Source: an uncultured Planctomycetales bacterium (GTDB taxonomy: Bacteria; Planctomycetota; Phycisphaerae; UBA1845; PWPN01). From it: 64,000 bases of DNA. The notes under the pieces are model-generated. The model ran no database searches, had not been told where the DNA came from, and was given only the letters and a program-made list of their open reading frames with translations. The stretch is taken from NCBI GenBank assembly GCA_964401335.1, contig CAYNYK010000005.1, forward strand, positions 8,362 through 72,361, read 5' to 3'. Shown here piece by piece: positions 35,133-45,001 of this stretch. Made by a program: the position numbers and the translations under genes. Within the stretch, counting starts at the first letter, position 1. Every line of letters starts with the position of its first letter.

Positions 35133-36707
35133 TTAAACCATCCCCTTCGACAACATGGCCCGTATTCTACGGTAGCCGTCACCAAGCAACTGCCGCAGTT
35201 TTTGCTTACCCTCGATGGTGAATATGACGTTACTCATCCAAGCCAGGACACACAGAACAAGCATGACCGCGATAAACAAATAGATCGGGCCGGCCAAGGC
35301 ATAGGTAGCGGCGATTAACAACACCGTGCCGAAATCAACAGGCCGACGTTCGATCCATATCAGAAAGAAGGCTACCAACACGGCAGCGCTAACTCCCAGG
35401 ATACCCGACCAGACGGCCGCCTGCAGGGCTTGAGCGGGAGTCAGGCCGGGCAGCACCAGCCATCGGCCGGCGACAATGCCGGCCAGCAGTCCGGCGGTCC
35501 AGGGCACAAAAAGGTGCCAAGGACACTCGATCAAACTGAAATGAATGGCCAGAAAGCCCAGGTGCCCGCTGATCATGAAGAACAGCAGCAGGCTGGAAAC
35601 GATGCGCGCGCCTTCCGCGTAATCGCGGGGGAACAGACGGACAAGGACATCGGACAAACCGGCGATCAAGGCACAAAGGACGAGCAGAGTAAGGGCCGTG
35701 GTCTTGAAGGCCAAAGCCAGTTTTCGATCGGCGGCGGGCGGACCCTCGGCTTCCCAAGTTTTCGTAACCGAGGTTTGCACGACGGTGACGACGGCCACGG
35801 AAATAATCAATACGGCCTGGGTCAGCAGCCGGACGCCGCCGAAAACGGCGGTCACCTCGGGTCCGTACACTTTTTGAAGATACCACATCGGATAAAACTG
35901 AAGAGTCTGCCACACGATGGCGGCCAGGGCAACCCAAACCCCGAAGCGCATCAGTCGCTCGACAACCCGATGCATGGAGCCATCGGTGCTCAAAGCCGTC
36001 AGCGACACCTGATCGGGAACCGCCCGGAGCGTCCGACCCAAACCGGGAACAACCAAAAGGGCCGAAGCGAGCAGCGTGAAACCGTAACAAACCAGCATGG
36101 CCACGGCGGTATTTCGGCCGGCCAGAGCAACCAGAACGGCCGTCGCCATGAAAGTCACGTTGCTGACCAGTTCCAGCAAACTGACGGCCCGAAACATACG
36201 CAGACCCTTGAGAATACCCATCAGCAAATAGTAGATCATCAGGGTCAGAGTCACCCCGGTGGCGATACGCGTTAACATAGTGCAAGCTTGAGGTTCCACC
36301 CCGGCGCCGTCGCGGCTCAAGGTGGCAAAAAGGAACCGGCCGATAGGTTCAGCACATAAAGCGACCACGGCGGTCAAACCAAGCCCCACGGCAAGAATCA
36401 GGATTACCGCGCGACGAAGGAATGCCCGCAGGGCCTGTTTCGTTTCATACTGGGGAACATAACGGGCGAGGGCCTCGTTCAGACCCAGGCTGCAAAAGGG
36501 ATCGAGAATATTGACGACGATCAGGGCAATCTGTAATAGACCAAACTCGCCAGTGGTCAACAGCCAGGCAAGCACGACTCCGCGCACCAAACCGATGAAC
36601 CGCGAAGCGAACACGGTTGGCAGGTATACGCTCAGCGATTCACTAATGGTTTCAGACCGAAAAAGAAACGGCCTGCGGACAAGATTGGTACCGGCGGAAA
36701 TGGTCAA
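35133..36707 (-). CDS. Polysaccharide flippase (Wzx/MOP superfamily)
   Basis: ~14 predicted TM helices, 524 aa, EPS-locus context. Confidence 0.75.
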   Translation of the reverse strand: MTISAGTNLVRRPFLFRSETISESLSVYLPTVFASRFIGLVRGVVLAWLLTTGEFGLLQIALIVVNILDPFCSLGLNEALARYVPQYETKQALRAFLRRAVILILAVGLGLTAVVALCAEPIGRFLFATLSRDGAGVEPQACTMLTRIATGVTLTLMIYYLLMGILKGLRMFRAVSLLELVSNVTFMATAVLVALAGRNTAVAMLVCYGFTLLASALLVVPGLGRTLRAVPDQVSLTALSTDGSMHRVVERLMRFGVWVALAAIVWQTLQFYPMWYLQKVYGPEVTAVFGGVRLLTQAVLIISVAVVTVVQTSVTKTWEAEGPPAADRKLALAFKTTALTLLVLCALIAGLSDVLVRLFPRDYAEGARIVSSLLLFFMISGHLGFLAIHFSLIECPWHLFVPWTAGLLAGIVAGRWLVLPGLTPAQALQAAVWSGILGVSAAVLVAFFLIWIERRPVDFGTVLLIAATYALAGPIYLFIAVMLVLCVLAWMSNVIFTIEGKQKLRQLLGDGYRRIRAMLSKGMV

Positions 36708-38224
36708 AGGGCGTTCTCCGCACCGACAGGCTGAACGCGATCAAACCGCGTGACCGGCTTTCCAACGACGGCGGGCGCCTGCGGTCGAATCGGCTGCGGA
36801 CGTAACAGGTAATCCAGGGCAACAATAACTCCGCCAAAACCGAAAAACAAAGCATTGGTGAATGGATACACGCTGGTCTCACGAAACATGCCATCGATGA
36901 AGAAGACGACAAAGAGCACCCAGAATAAAACGATGATGTCCCGATCGATCAACCCCTCGGCGCAGGCGGGCAGTCGGCTGTACAACCGCAGACTGATCCG
37001 GAGCAAGGCAACCAGGAGGGCCACGAAAAGCAGCAGACCGATCAGGCCGGTCTCGGCCAGAAGACTGAGAAAGTTGTTATGCTCCATCGCCTGGGAGGCG
37101 AACCGGTAGTAGGGGCTTTGAATATCGCGCGCGTAGCGGGGGGCGACATCGCGAAAATGCCCGAACCCAATGCCCACGAAGGGGTGGTCGAGCCAGATGT
37201 CCCGGCTGAGCAAAGCCAGACCGATGCGCATGGTAATCGGATCGGTATCCATAACGCCGCCCTGGGAACGCCTGGCGGAACGGAACCCTTCCTCGTTAAT
37301 GAAAAACGCAAGGATGGCCGCCACCGTGAGCAAACAAACGGCCGCCGTCCGACTCCAACGCCGACGGGTGTAGATGAGCCAGACCATCGTGCCGAGAATC
37401 AAACCGAGCCAGACGCTACGGGTATGGGTCCAAAAAATCACCGGCAGCATGGCCAGGCACACCATGTACAACACCATGCGGGCGGGTCTATGCACCTTGC
37501 GAATCAGAACAAGATTGTTGAAAAAACAAAAAAGCAAGGCCACTCCCATGGCCGGGCTGACCAGAAACGGTCCGCGAACCCGACCCCAGTGGATGCCCTT
37601 GGTGGGGTCGGCAATAAATCGGGGAAAAACCAAGGACCAGAGTTTCAGGTGCTCGCACCAGCCAATGAAGGTGAGATAGAGGCTGACCAGCAGGAAGAAA
37701 ATCAACAAGTGGCGGAAATGGGCTTCATGATGTACGGCATGCAGAACAAGAAAAAAGACCATGAAGGCAAACCAGTATCCGCCGATCAGGCGATAATGGA
37801 CCGTGGCCACGGCGACGGTTTGGAACCCGCTGACGGCGGCGGAAAGCGTGAAATAGCCCAAAATCATCGCCATCAGCCAATACACCGCTCCGGCCGGCCG
37901 AATACGCGAGCGACCAAGAAGCCACATGGCCATCCAAAGCAAAAACACCACCACGATGGCAATCCGATCGATTGTCAAGGCGAAAAAGAAGGGTACGCGC
38001 ACGCGCCATAATTCCTCGTGCAAGGCGATAACCGTAACGAACCAGAGCAGAACGGCAATCAGAAGGTCGCCCAGTACGGCCCAGGCCGCAAAGAGGCCCA
38101 AACCCGCGGCGGCGGCCAGCACCACCAAAAAGTAAGGCGCGGGGGTCAACAAGATGGCGACGACCAACAGGACCGTCGCCAGCAACATCACTGCATCCAA
38201 TCTTCGTTCCGCCAGTAGTTGCAT
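36704..38224 (-). CDS. O-antigen ligase/polymerase-like membrane protein (Wzy_C family)
   Basis: Polytopic membrane protein with a TRSVWLG...-type loop and a large periplasmic loop. EPS-locus context. 4-nt overlap with the flippase gene. Confidence 0.7.
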   Translation of the reverse strand: MQLLAERRLDAVMLLATVLLVVAILLTPAPYFLVVLAAAAGLGLFAAWAVLGDLLIAVLLWFVTVIALHEELWRVRVPFFFALTIDRIAIVVVFLLWMAMWLLGRSRIRPAGAVYWLMAMILGYFTLSAAVSGFQTVAVATVHYRLIGGYWFAFMVFFLVLHAVHHEAHFRHLLIFFLLVSLYLTFIGWCEHLKLWSLVFPRFIADPTKGIHWGRVRGPFLVSPAMGVALLFCFFNNLVLIRKVHRPARMVLYMVCLAMLPVIFWTHTRSVWLGLILGTMVWLIYTRRRWSRTAAVCLLTVAAILAFFINEEGFRSARRSQGGVMDTDPITMRIGLALLSRDIWLDHPFVGIGFGHFRDVAPRYARDIQSPYYRFASQAMEHNNFLSLLAETGLIGLLLFVALLVALLRISLRLYSRLPACAEGLIDRDIIVLFWVLFVVFFIDGMFRETSVYPFTNALFFGFGGVIVALDYLLRPQPIRPQAPAVVGKPVTRFDRVQPVGAENAL

Positions 38225-38269
38225 GAATGAACCAGTGAATTAACCGAGAGCCTGTCCGAGCCTCGGCCT

Positions 38270-39208
38270 TTACATGCGGCGATAGAGGAAACCGGGGATC
38301 GGAAACCGCCGCTGATTCAGCACGAGGCCGATCACCTTGCCGTGGGCCAGTTCGACCCGTTTTCTGGCCTCGGCCACGGACTCGCGACGGGTCACGGTGG
38401 CCTTGGTGACCAGCAGGACACCGTCAGTACAGCCGGCCAAGGCCTGGACCGTCGCCTGGGTATTGACCGGCGGGGCATCGATGATCACATGGTCATACGC
38501 CGCCGCCAGATCGCGAACCAAATTGCCGATGTTCTGGCGTTGCATCAGGGAGGAAACGGCGCCCTGAACCTGGCCCGCGACCAGTACACTAAGCCGACCT
38601 TCCTCCAGTTGTTGGGCGGCCGTGACCAAAGTCTTCTGGCCGGCCAGTACCTCCACCACGCCGGGCGCCGATTGCAGACCCAGAATCCGGTGGAGCATGG
38701 GACGACGAAGGTTGAAATCCACCAAGGCGATCCGCAGTCCGCGCTCGGCGGCGCAGCCGGCCAAGGCCAAGGCCACGGCAATCTGACTGACGCCTTCGCG
38801 CGGCTCGGCCGCCGTCACCACTACCGATTTCGGAGCGATTTGTCCCGGGGCAAAGAAGACCGACGCCCAGAGCTGATCCACGGCGTCGCGAGCCCCATGA
38901 CGCAAGGTCGCGGAACGCCCGGCGGTCGAGCGCGAGGCCCTCGGCGCCGAAACGGTAACCGACGACGCGGACTTTTCGGATACGGACCTCCGCGACTGGG
39001 CCAACTCCTCCTCGGATAATTTCACATCGTCGGAGGGCCCCAGGCCGGCACCTTCGGGCAAGGCAAGGTCTTCCTCATCCGGTATCAATAAGTCTTCTTG
39101 CTCGCCGGAAGAGCGCCCCTCGGAGGGCGTCGGCCGGGAAGACTCATCTTCCGACCAGTCGTTCTCGCCGTTCGCGGGATCCCAATCGTTTCCTTTGTCG
39201 CGGACCAT
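38270..39208 (-). CDS. BY-kinase (CpsD/CapB/Wzc C-terminal)-like P-loop protein with degenerate Walker A
   Basis: Walker B VIIDAPPV and A'-like LVDFNLRRP are present. The Walker A position reads AAEPREGVSQ, with no GK[ST]. The N-terminal 110 aa are acidic and disordered. Confidence 0.7.
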   Translation of the reverse strand: MVRDKGNDWDPANGENDWSEDESSRPTPSEGRSSGEQEDLLIPDEEDLALPEGAGLGPSDDVKLSEEELAQSRRSVSEKSASSVTVSAPRASRSTAGRSATLRHGARDAVDQLWASVFFAPGQIAPKSVVVTAAEPREGVSQIAVALALAGCAAERGLRIALVDFNLRRPMLHRILGLQSAPGVVEVLAGQKTLVTAAQQLEEGRLSVLVAGQVQGAVSSLMQRQNIGNLVRDLAAAYDHVIIDAPPVNTQATVQALAGCTDGVLLVTKATVTRRESVAEARKRVELAHGKVIGLVLNQRRFPIPGFLYRRM

Positions 39209-39215
39209 AATATCC

Positions 39216-40946
39216 TCAGGTTATCAGTCGGCCGCCACATTTGGGCACCGAACCAACCACGGGAACGCCCAAATAGCGCTCGGCCTCCTCAATGGACTTG
39301 AATGTGTGGTCGAAGTGATCGGCCACGAATGCATACGCCACGGCCAGCAACAAGCCGACACAAGCGGCGATCACGGTATACAACAGCGGCTTGGGGAACG
39401 CCGGCCGGCTCACATCCGGCAGTTGGGCCTCCTCGATAATCATGATGGTGATACCCTCGGCCTCCTGTTCCCGCCCGGCCTTGGCCGAGGCCAGGTCCTT
39501 GGAGGCCTGCTCATACTCCGAACGCGCCAGATTCATTTCGTATGCTAGCGACTGGTATTCAAAGAGCTTACCGGTCACTCGGTTCAACTGTTCCTGCAAG
39601 CGATCCAAATCCGCCCGGGTTTCCTTCTGGCGAGCGGAAAGAATGGCGATGGGGATATGCAGAGTCCGGGCCTCGCCGACCAGTTCCTTGAGAATAAGGC
39701 GGCGAGTCTTGGCGATCTCGGTGCGTTTCTTCTGAACTTCATCATAATCTTCGCTGTAATCTACCCGCAGACGATTAAGATCGGTAAGCAAGGTCACTTC
39801 GGCGGTCTTGAGCTGCCTGATTACCACGTTGCTGGCCATCGTTTTTTCCGGAATGGTGGTCACCATGTCGGTCAACAACGGATCGGTATCGGTCATTTGA
39901 TCGACCACGGCGTAATCCGGCACCGTCAGCAAGCCCTCGGCATCGGTGCGCGGTTTGTCCCCCCACAAGGCCGCGGGCAATTGCTCCAGAAGCTGCTGCT
40001 GAAGCTGACGCAGCTCGGCCAGCTCGCCGGAGCGGGCCAGCATGTCCTCGTGCAGGCCCCGTACCAGAATCTGCTTGCCGGCCTCGGTACCGGAGCGGGT
40101 GAGTTGTTCAAGAATCCCCAGATCGGAAGGTTCATCGAGTTTTTCGACGAAGGCGGTCAAGGCCTTCTGAGCCGTTTCCACGCGTTCCTGCTTGAGCGAC
40201 AGGGTCCGTACATTCATCATCTCAACGGTATCCTTGCTGCTCAGCCACTGCAATTGACGGTAGCGATCAAGGTAATTGCGGGCCACCATGTCGGCGGCCA
40301 TCTGGGCCTGGGTCACCGGCTCCGGCTGGGTCACCGTAACGGTAAGGGCTTCCGTCAGGGAGATCTCCTCGCCACCCTCGCCGGCCTCCACCTTGACGCT
40401 CCTGGTAAACCGGCGGATCTGCTCCATGAACTCCGATCCCTCGGAGCTCCGTTTCTTGTTCTCGATCAGTTTGTCCAGCTCCGCCAGGATGCCGTTGAAT
40501 TTATCCCACCGGTTCTTGCTATTGCCGTTCGTCAGGAACTGACTCTCTCCCCATTCGCGACGCGCCTCCTGCCAACGCTTGTAAAATTCATCATCCTTTT
40601 GGGACATCTGCATCAACAGGAAAGCCCGAGCCAGGACCGGCTCGGAGGTAATCAATTCCTGCTGGCTTTTAATAAAAACCTGAAGCGAGCGGTCGGAGGA
40701 GACTTCCCGGGCCACGGGATTACGCGGGCGTGGCTCGCGCATCTGGAACTTGACCGAGGAGCGGTAATGCTTTCGGGCGTTCGTGCAGGCCACCCACGTT
40801 CCCGCCGCGATCAGAACGACAATCAATAAACAAACCAGCCAGCGGGCAAAAAGCACACGGGCCAATTCACGCAACGATCTGGAGCCAATTGCATCGGCCA
40901 TAATATTATCCGTCTGCGAAGCCGTTCGCCCCGTCAGGAAAAACAT
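39216..40946 (-). CDS. Polysaccharide chain-length determinant / GumC-Wzz family (PCP) protein
   Basis: N- and C-terminal TM helices flank a long coiled-coil periplasmic region. Positioned between Wza-like and BY-kinase-like genes. Confidence 0.75.
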   Translation of the reverse strand: MFFLTGRTASQTDNIMADAIGSRSLRELARVLFARWLVCLLIVVLIAAGTWVACTNARKHYRSSVKFQMREPRPRNPVAREVSSDRSLQVFIKSQQELITSEPVLARAFLLMQMSQKDDEFYKRWQEARREWGESQFLTNGNSKNRWDKFNGILAELDKLIENKKRSSEGSEFMEQIRRFTRSVKVEAGEGGEEISLTEALTVTVTQPEPVTQAQMAADMVARNYLDRYRQLQWLSSKDTVEMMNVRTLSLKQERVETAQKALTAFVEKLDEPSDLGILEQLTRSGTEAGKQILVRGLHEDMLARSGELAELRQLQQQLLEQLPAALWGDKPRTDAEGLLTVPDYAVVDQMTDTDPLLTDMVTTIPEKTMASNVVIRQLKTAEVTLLTDLNRLRVDYSEDYDEVQKKRTEIAKTRRLILKELVGEARTLHIPIAILSARQKETRADLDRLQEQLNRVTGKLFEYQSLAYEMNLARSEYEQASKDLASAKAGREQEAEGITIMIIEEAQLPDVSRPAFPKPLLYTVIAACVGLLLAVAYAFVADHFDHTFKSIEEAERYLGVPVVGSVPKCGGRLIT

Positions 40947-40982
40947 TCCGACGAAGCGACGGTCTCCTGCTTCAAAAATTCC

Positions 40983-42521
40983 TCACGGCGTAAGGCCAAC
41001 ATTCACGTTGGGCCACGGACTGCGGTCCACTTTGCTCTTGCTCGGTTCGTTATGCAGTTCGTATCCGAAATTCAAACCCGTATAGAACTGGTACGGGAAC
41101 ACGCCGCGAATAATCCGTCCGAACACCTGATCCACCCAATCGCCGGTCGCGGCCAATCCGGAGGTCGGCACGTAAATAATGTCGCCGTCGGCCAGGAAGA
41201 AATCGAAACGCAGGTTGGCGAAATCCGGCTGGGGACCGGCCTTGGCCCGCGGACTCGGATTGCGCAGCCCCCGCAGATCCATGACGGTGGCCTCGGGTAC
41301 GGGCAAACCTTTGCGGCGAATGATCAGGATTTCCTTATCGCTGGCCCGCGGATTCACCCCCCCGGCGGCGGCGATGGCCTGGAAAACGGTCATGGGCATC
41401 ATCTCGGTGATCATTCCGGGGCCGTTGACCTCGCCGAGTACGAAGAATTTCTGCGGGGCCCACTGGTTCATCTGGACGGTGACGCTGATCTCCGGCAGAT
41501 CCACCTGGGCATAGGCGGTCTCGATATCGACCTTGAGCTGCTGGACCGTTTTCCCATAGGCCAGCACCTCGCCAATAAAAGGCAGATCGAGCGTGCCGTC
41601 GGGCTTGACCGGGATTAAACGCGACTGCCCACGAGGCGCGGTGGTAATGGCCGTTTTCAATTCGGCGATCTTGATGTTGGCCTGCTTGATTGTGACGGTG
41701 AGTTCCGGCTTGTTCAGATACTTGCCGTACAGCTCCTGCAATACGTCCTGCAATTTGCCCGCGGTCATCCCCGCCTGCTCGATGACGATAGGGCGGGTTT
41801 TCCAGCGCTGCTGGACCGCGTCGTATTCATAGCGTTCCCGGCGGGTCGCGGTTAACAGGGCATCGACAATACAGGGGTACAGCATTTCCCCGTTTTCGTT
41901 GGTCGGGACCATCTCCTCGAGCGGGGATTCCGTACCGTCGGAAGTTCGCTTGACCCAACGGCCGTCGAGCATGCGCATCACTTCAAAATCGCACGGCTCC
42001 CATTGTCTACCTTCCGGAGCGTCGGGCACATAGCGTTCCCAGTGCAGGTCCTTATCCTGTTGAAAATGGAACGGGCCCAGGCCTCGTTCGCCGCGCGTCA
42101 CCACGGGCACTTCGCCCACCAGTTGCAACCGGATGGTTCCGTCGCTGTTGACGGTAACCTCCTGATCGTATTTGGAATGGAATGGGAAATTAATGCTGAT
42201 AACGTCCTGGACCTTGAGCCGGTAGCGATCGATGGACACCTCGGTACGGACGTGATAGATGATTTCCAGCACGTCGCCGATGTTGAGCCGATAGTCGGGG
42301 AAAACGGTGCATACCGCCGGGTGGTAGGTACCGAATCCCGGTTTGACCGGATCCTCGGGCGCGGCCGCCGCCGGCCGATTGAAAGGCTGAGCAAATTCCC
42401 GCGGCTCAGAATTAGGCGTCTGCTGTTTTTCGGTACTGGCACAGGCTCCGATCCAGCAGGTCGCCGCCATAGTTGCGCACAGGACGACCCGCCGGCCGGT
42501 TTTATGGAATGATGAACGCAT
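40983..42521 (-). CDS. Polysaccharide export protein (Wza-like: Poly_export + SLBB)
   Basis: Lipobox WIGAC. YRLNIGDVLEIIY, DGTIRLQLVGEV, a second DGTLDLPFIGEV module, and SLBB FFVLGEVNGPG...AIAAAGG. Confidence 0.8.
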   Translation of the reverse strand: MRSSFHKTGRRVVLCATMAATCWIGACASTEKQQTPNSEPREFAQPFNRPAAAAPEDPVKPGFGTYHPAVCTVFPDYRLNIGDVLEIIYHVRTEVSIDRYRLKVQDVISINFPFHSKYDQEVTVNSDGTIRLQLVGEVPVVTRGERGLGPFHFQQDKDLHWERYVPDAPEGRQWEPCDFEVMRMLDGRWVKRTSDGTESPLEEMVPTNENGEMLYPCIVDALLTATRRERYEYDAVQQRWKTRPIVIEQAGMTAGKLQDVLQELYGKYLNKPELTVTIKQANIKIAELKTAITTAPRGQSRLIPVKPDGTLDLPFIGEVLAYGKTVQQLKVDIETAYAQVDLPEISVTVQMNQWAPQKFFVLGEVNGPGMITEMMPMTVFQAIAAAGGVNPRASDKEILIIRRKGLPVPEATVMDLRGLRNPSPRAKAGPQPDFANLRFDFFLADGDIIYVPTSGLAATGDWVDQVFGRIIRGVFPYQFYTGLNFGYELHNEPSKSKVDRSPWPNVNVGLTP

Positions 42522-43320
42522 CCGGATAACTCCGCTTCACGCGGTTCAGTCCCTGGACGGCCTCCCCGTAGGAGGGATAGCGACCGACCATGACGACCCA
42601 CAATGACTGGTTATTACGCGGCAGAAACTCCTGCACCGCGTTAAATCCTTTAGCCCGCAACTCCTGAACCTTGCTTTCCGCGCGATCAGCGCTGCTGTAA
42701 GCAGCAAGTTGTATCGCGTAATAATCGTGTCGCCAACTGGCCAACCGCCGGGCGTCGGCGGCCATCGGGCTGTCACGGAACTTACGCAGAATCTGACCAA
42801 ACTGAAACACCGCCTCGCGCCACTGACCATTGCGCTGCAAGGCGACGCCCGCGCAATAAAGCATCTTATCCTTGGGCGGCTGGTCGGGAAGGTCGGGCAG
42901 GGCCTGCACGTAAAGCTCACCCGCCCGGGCCCAATTTCCCGCCTGGTATGCGATAGCCGCCAATGAAGCACGGCAACGGGCGGTTAAATCCGTTCGCTGG
43001 CTTTTCTGGATCGCTCGCTCAAAATCCTGTTCCGCCTCGCGCGGCGACTTACTCATTAATCGGCAAAGACCTCGCAGATAATAAGCTTCCGATATTTCGA
43101 CGGCCTGATCGTAATCTTTGATAAGGCGGTCAAGTTCGGTGGCGGCGGCCCGGAATTCCCCGCGTTGATATAATCCTGCGGTCCGTTGTAACGCCTGTTT
43201 TTCAGCTTCCGGAAGACTGGTGCATCCAATAACGATAAGCAACAATACTGAAAAGCCGGTGATGCACAACCTGGAAAGCGCGAACGAATTAAACCATCGG
43301 CGGCTTTTCATGCGGATCAA
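42502..43320 (-). CDS. TPR-repeat protein with C-terminal SPOR domain
   Basis: Lipobox VIGC. TPR-like helices. C-terminal YAIQLAAYSSADRAESKVQELRAKGF....W.VMVGRYPSYGEA matches the SPOR RNP-like fold signature. Confidence 0.75.
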   Translation of the reverse strand: MIRMKSRRWFNSFALSRLCITGFSVLLLIVIGCTSLPEAEKQALQRTAGLYQRGEFRAAATELDRLIKDYDQAVEISEAYYLRGLCRLMSKSPREAEQDFERAIQKSQRTDLTARCRASLAAIAYQAGNWARAGELYVQALPDLPDQPPKDKMLYCAGVALQRNGQWREAVFQFGQILRKFRDSPMAADARRLASWRHDYYAIQLAAYSSADRAESKVQELRAKGFNAVQEFLPRNNQSLWVVMVGRYPSYGEAVQGLNRVKRSYPDAFIIP

Positions 43321-43454
43321 CCTTCTTCCCCAATTTCAAAGCAGCTTTTTCGAAAGCTTATCTATGTTCATAATTTATAGGAAAATCGTTGGACGTCCAA
43401 TAACTAATCCACTAAGATTTGTTTTTACATTTTCAAAGAGGCGAAAAACCGTCA

Positions 43455-44927
43455 ATGCTTATCAATATGCTTCTTGAACATACCCGTCGTCAGCCGAAGC
43501 GAATCGTCGCTCAGGATTCGTTCCGCAGTCTGACCAGTACGCAGCTATGCACATTTGCCCAGACCATGCGTTCCTTAATCCAGAGTGAAACCCGCTGTGA
43601 GCGTGTGGGTGTTATGTTGCCTGCCTCGGTTGCCGGTTTGGGAACCTTACTGGGTTGTCTGTGGGCCGGCAAAACCATCGTACCATTGAATTTTCTATTG
43701 AAACCAGAAGAATTGCGGGTCATTCTCCATGATGCAGAGATCGACCTTGTGATATCCACTGAACATTTCGCTTCTTTAGCTGAATCATTTCCCGTGCGTA
43801 CCCTCTTTCTGGAGTGTGCTGGTTTAAGACGACGTTATCTATGGTCCCGCGTACGCCGAACGCCTGATCCCCCCCTCAAGAAACCGCAAGACATCGCCGC
43901 GATCGTTTATACTTCCGGAACCAGCGGGCAACCGAAAGGCGTTTGTCTGACTTACGAGAATTTTCTGTCCAATTCACGGGCGGCGATTGAACACATGCGA
44001 ATGGGACCTGAAAACCATTTTCTAGGCGTGCTGCCGTCATTCCACGTTTTCGGGCTGACGGTTCTGATTTTTATACCGGTGGTTCTGGGGGCGTCGGTTA
44101 CCTTTGTGCCCCGCTTCTCCCCGCAAGCCGCGTACAAGGTAATCCGGGAGACGGATGTTTCCATCATCATGGCCGTTCCCAGTATGTTCGCGGCCATCGC
44201 CCGCCTCAAGGATCTTGATCGAAACGATTTCGGCCGTATCCGGCTGGCGGTCAGCGGCGGAGAACCTCTGTCAAGAGGTATATATGATCTGTTTGGTGAG
44301 CGCACCGGGCTGACCCTCCTGGAAGGTTACGGCATGACCGAGACCTCGCCGATCATCTCCGTGGACGTACCCTGGAACCATCGCGTCGGTACGGTGGGTA
44401 CCCCCTTGCCGGGAGTGGAAATCCAGGTTCGCGACAACGCCGGAAAGACTTTGGGAGCCGGCCGCGAGGGCGAACTTTTCGTCCGTGGTCCGCTGGTGAT
44501 GAAGGGTTATCACCACAAACCGTCCGAAACCGCCGAGATAATCGGTCCGGACGGGTGGTTACGCACGGGAGACATTGTCCGCATCGAGGAAGATCGTCAT
44601 ATCCGCATCACCGGCCGGGCCAAGGAACTCATTATCGTCGGCGGAGAGAACGTGTATCCACGTGAAGTGGAAAACGTGCTGGAGCGGCATCCGGCGGTGG
44701 CGGCGGCGGCCGTGGTCGGTCAGGCCGATAAAAGCCGCGGGGAAGCGGTGATCGCGTACGTAAGTCTGGAGGAAGGCGTTGAGACAACTCCCCAGGTCTT
44801 ACGCGAGTATTGCCGGGAACATCTGGCCGGTTACAAGGTACCTCGCGAAGTACATATCATCCGCGAGCTGCCCCGCGGCCCGACGGGGAAAATCCTCAAG
44901 CGTCAGCTCGGCCATATCGCGGAATGA
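43455..44927 (+). CDS. AMP-dependent acyl-CoA synthetase/ligase
   Basis: YTSGTSGQPKGV (AMP-binding motif), GYGMTET, TGD, GKILKR. Confidence 0.88.
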   Translation: MLINMLLEHTRRQPKRIVAQDSFRSLTSTQLCTFAQTMRSLIQSETRCERVGVMLPASVAGLGTLLGCLWAGKTIVPLNFLLKPEELRVILHDAEIDLVISTEHFASLAESFPVRTLFLECAGLRRRYLWSRVRRTPDPPLKKPQDIAAIVYTSGTSGQPKGVCLTYENFLSNSRAAIEHMRMGPENHFLGVLPSFHVFGLTVLIFIPVVLGASVTFVPRFSPQAAYKVIRETDVSIIMAVPSMFAAIARLKDLDRNDFGRIRLAVSGGEPLSRGIYDLFGERTGLTLLEGYGMTETSPIISVDVPWNHRVGTVGTPLPGVEIQVRDNAGKTLGAGREGELFVRGPLVMKGYHHKPSETAEIIGPDGWLRTGDIVRIEEDRHIRITGRAKELIIVGGENVYPREVENVLERHPAVAAAAVVGQADKSRGEAVIAYVSLEEGVETTPQVLREYCREHLAGYKVPREVHIIRELPRGPTGKILKRQLGHIAE

Positions 44928-45001
44928 GGCTTGACCAACGTTTCCTGTTGACAGCCCGGTAGGATATAATAGATTCAGCAAATGGAGGCTGAGCCGGCCG
45001 C

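Noticed and set aside
44940-44975. TTGACA ... TATAAT-like promoter upstream of the URO-D-family gene.
   Set aside because: The spacer between the hexamers is only ~11-13 nt, which is incompatible with a sigma70 promoter. It is left unannotated.
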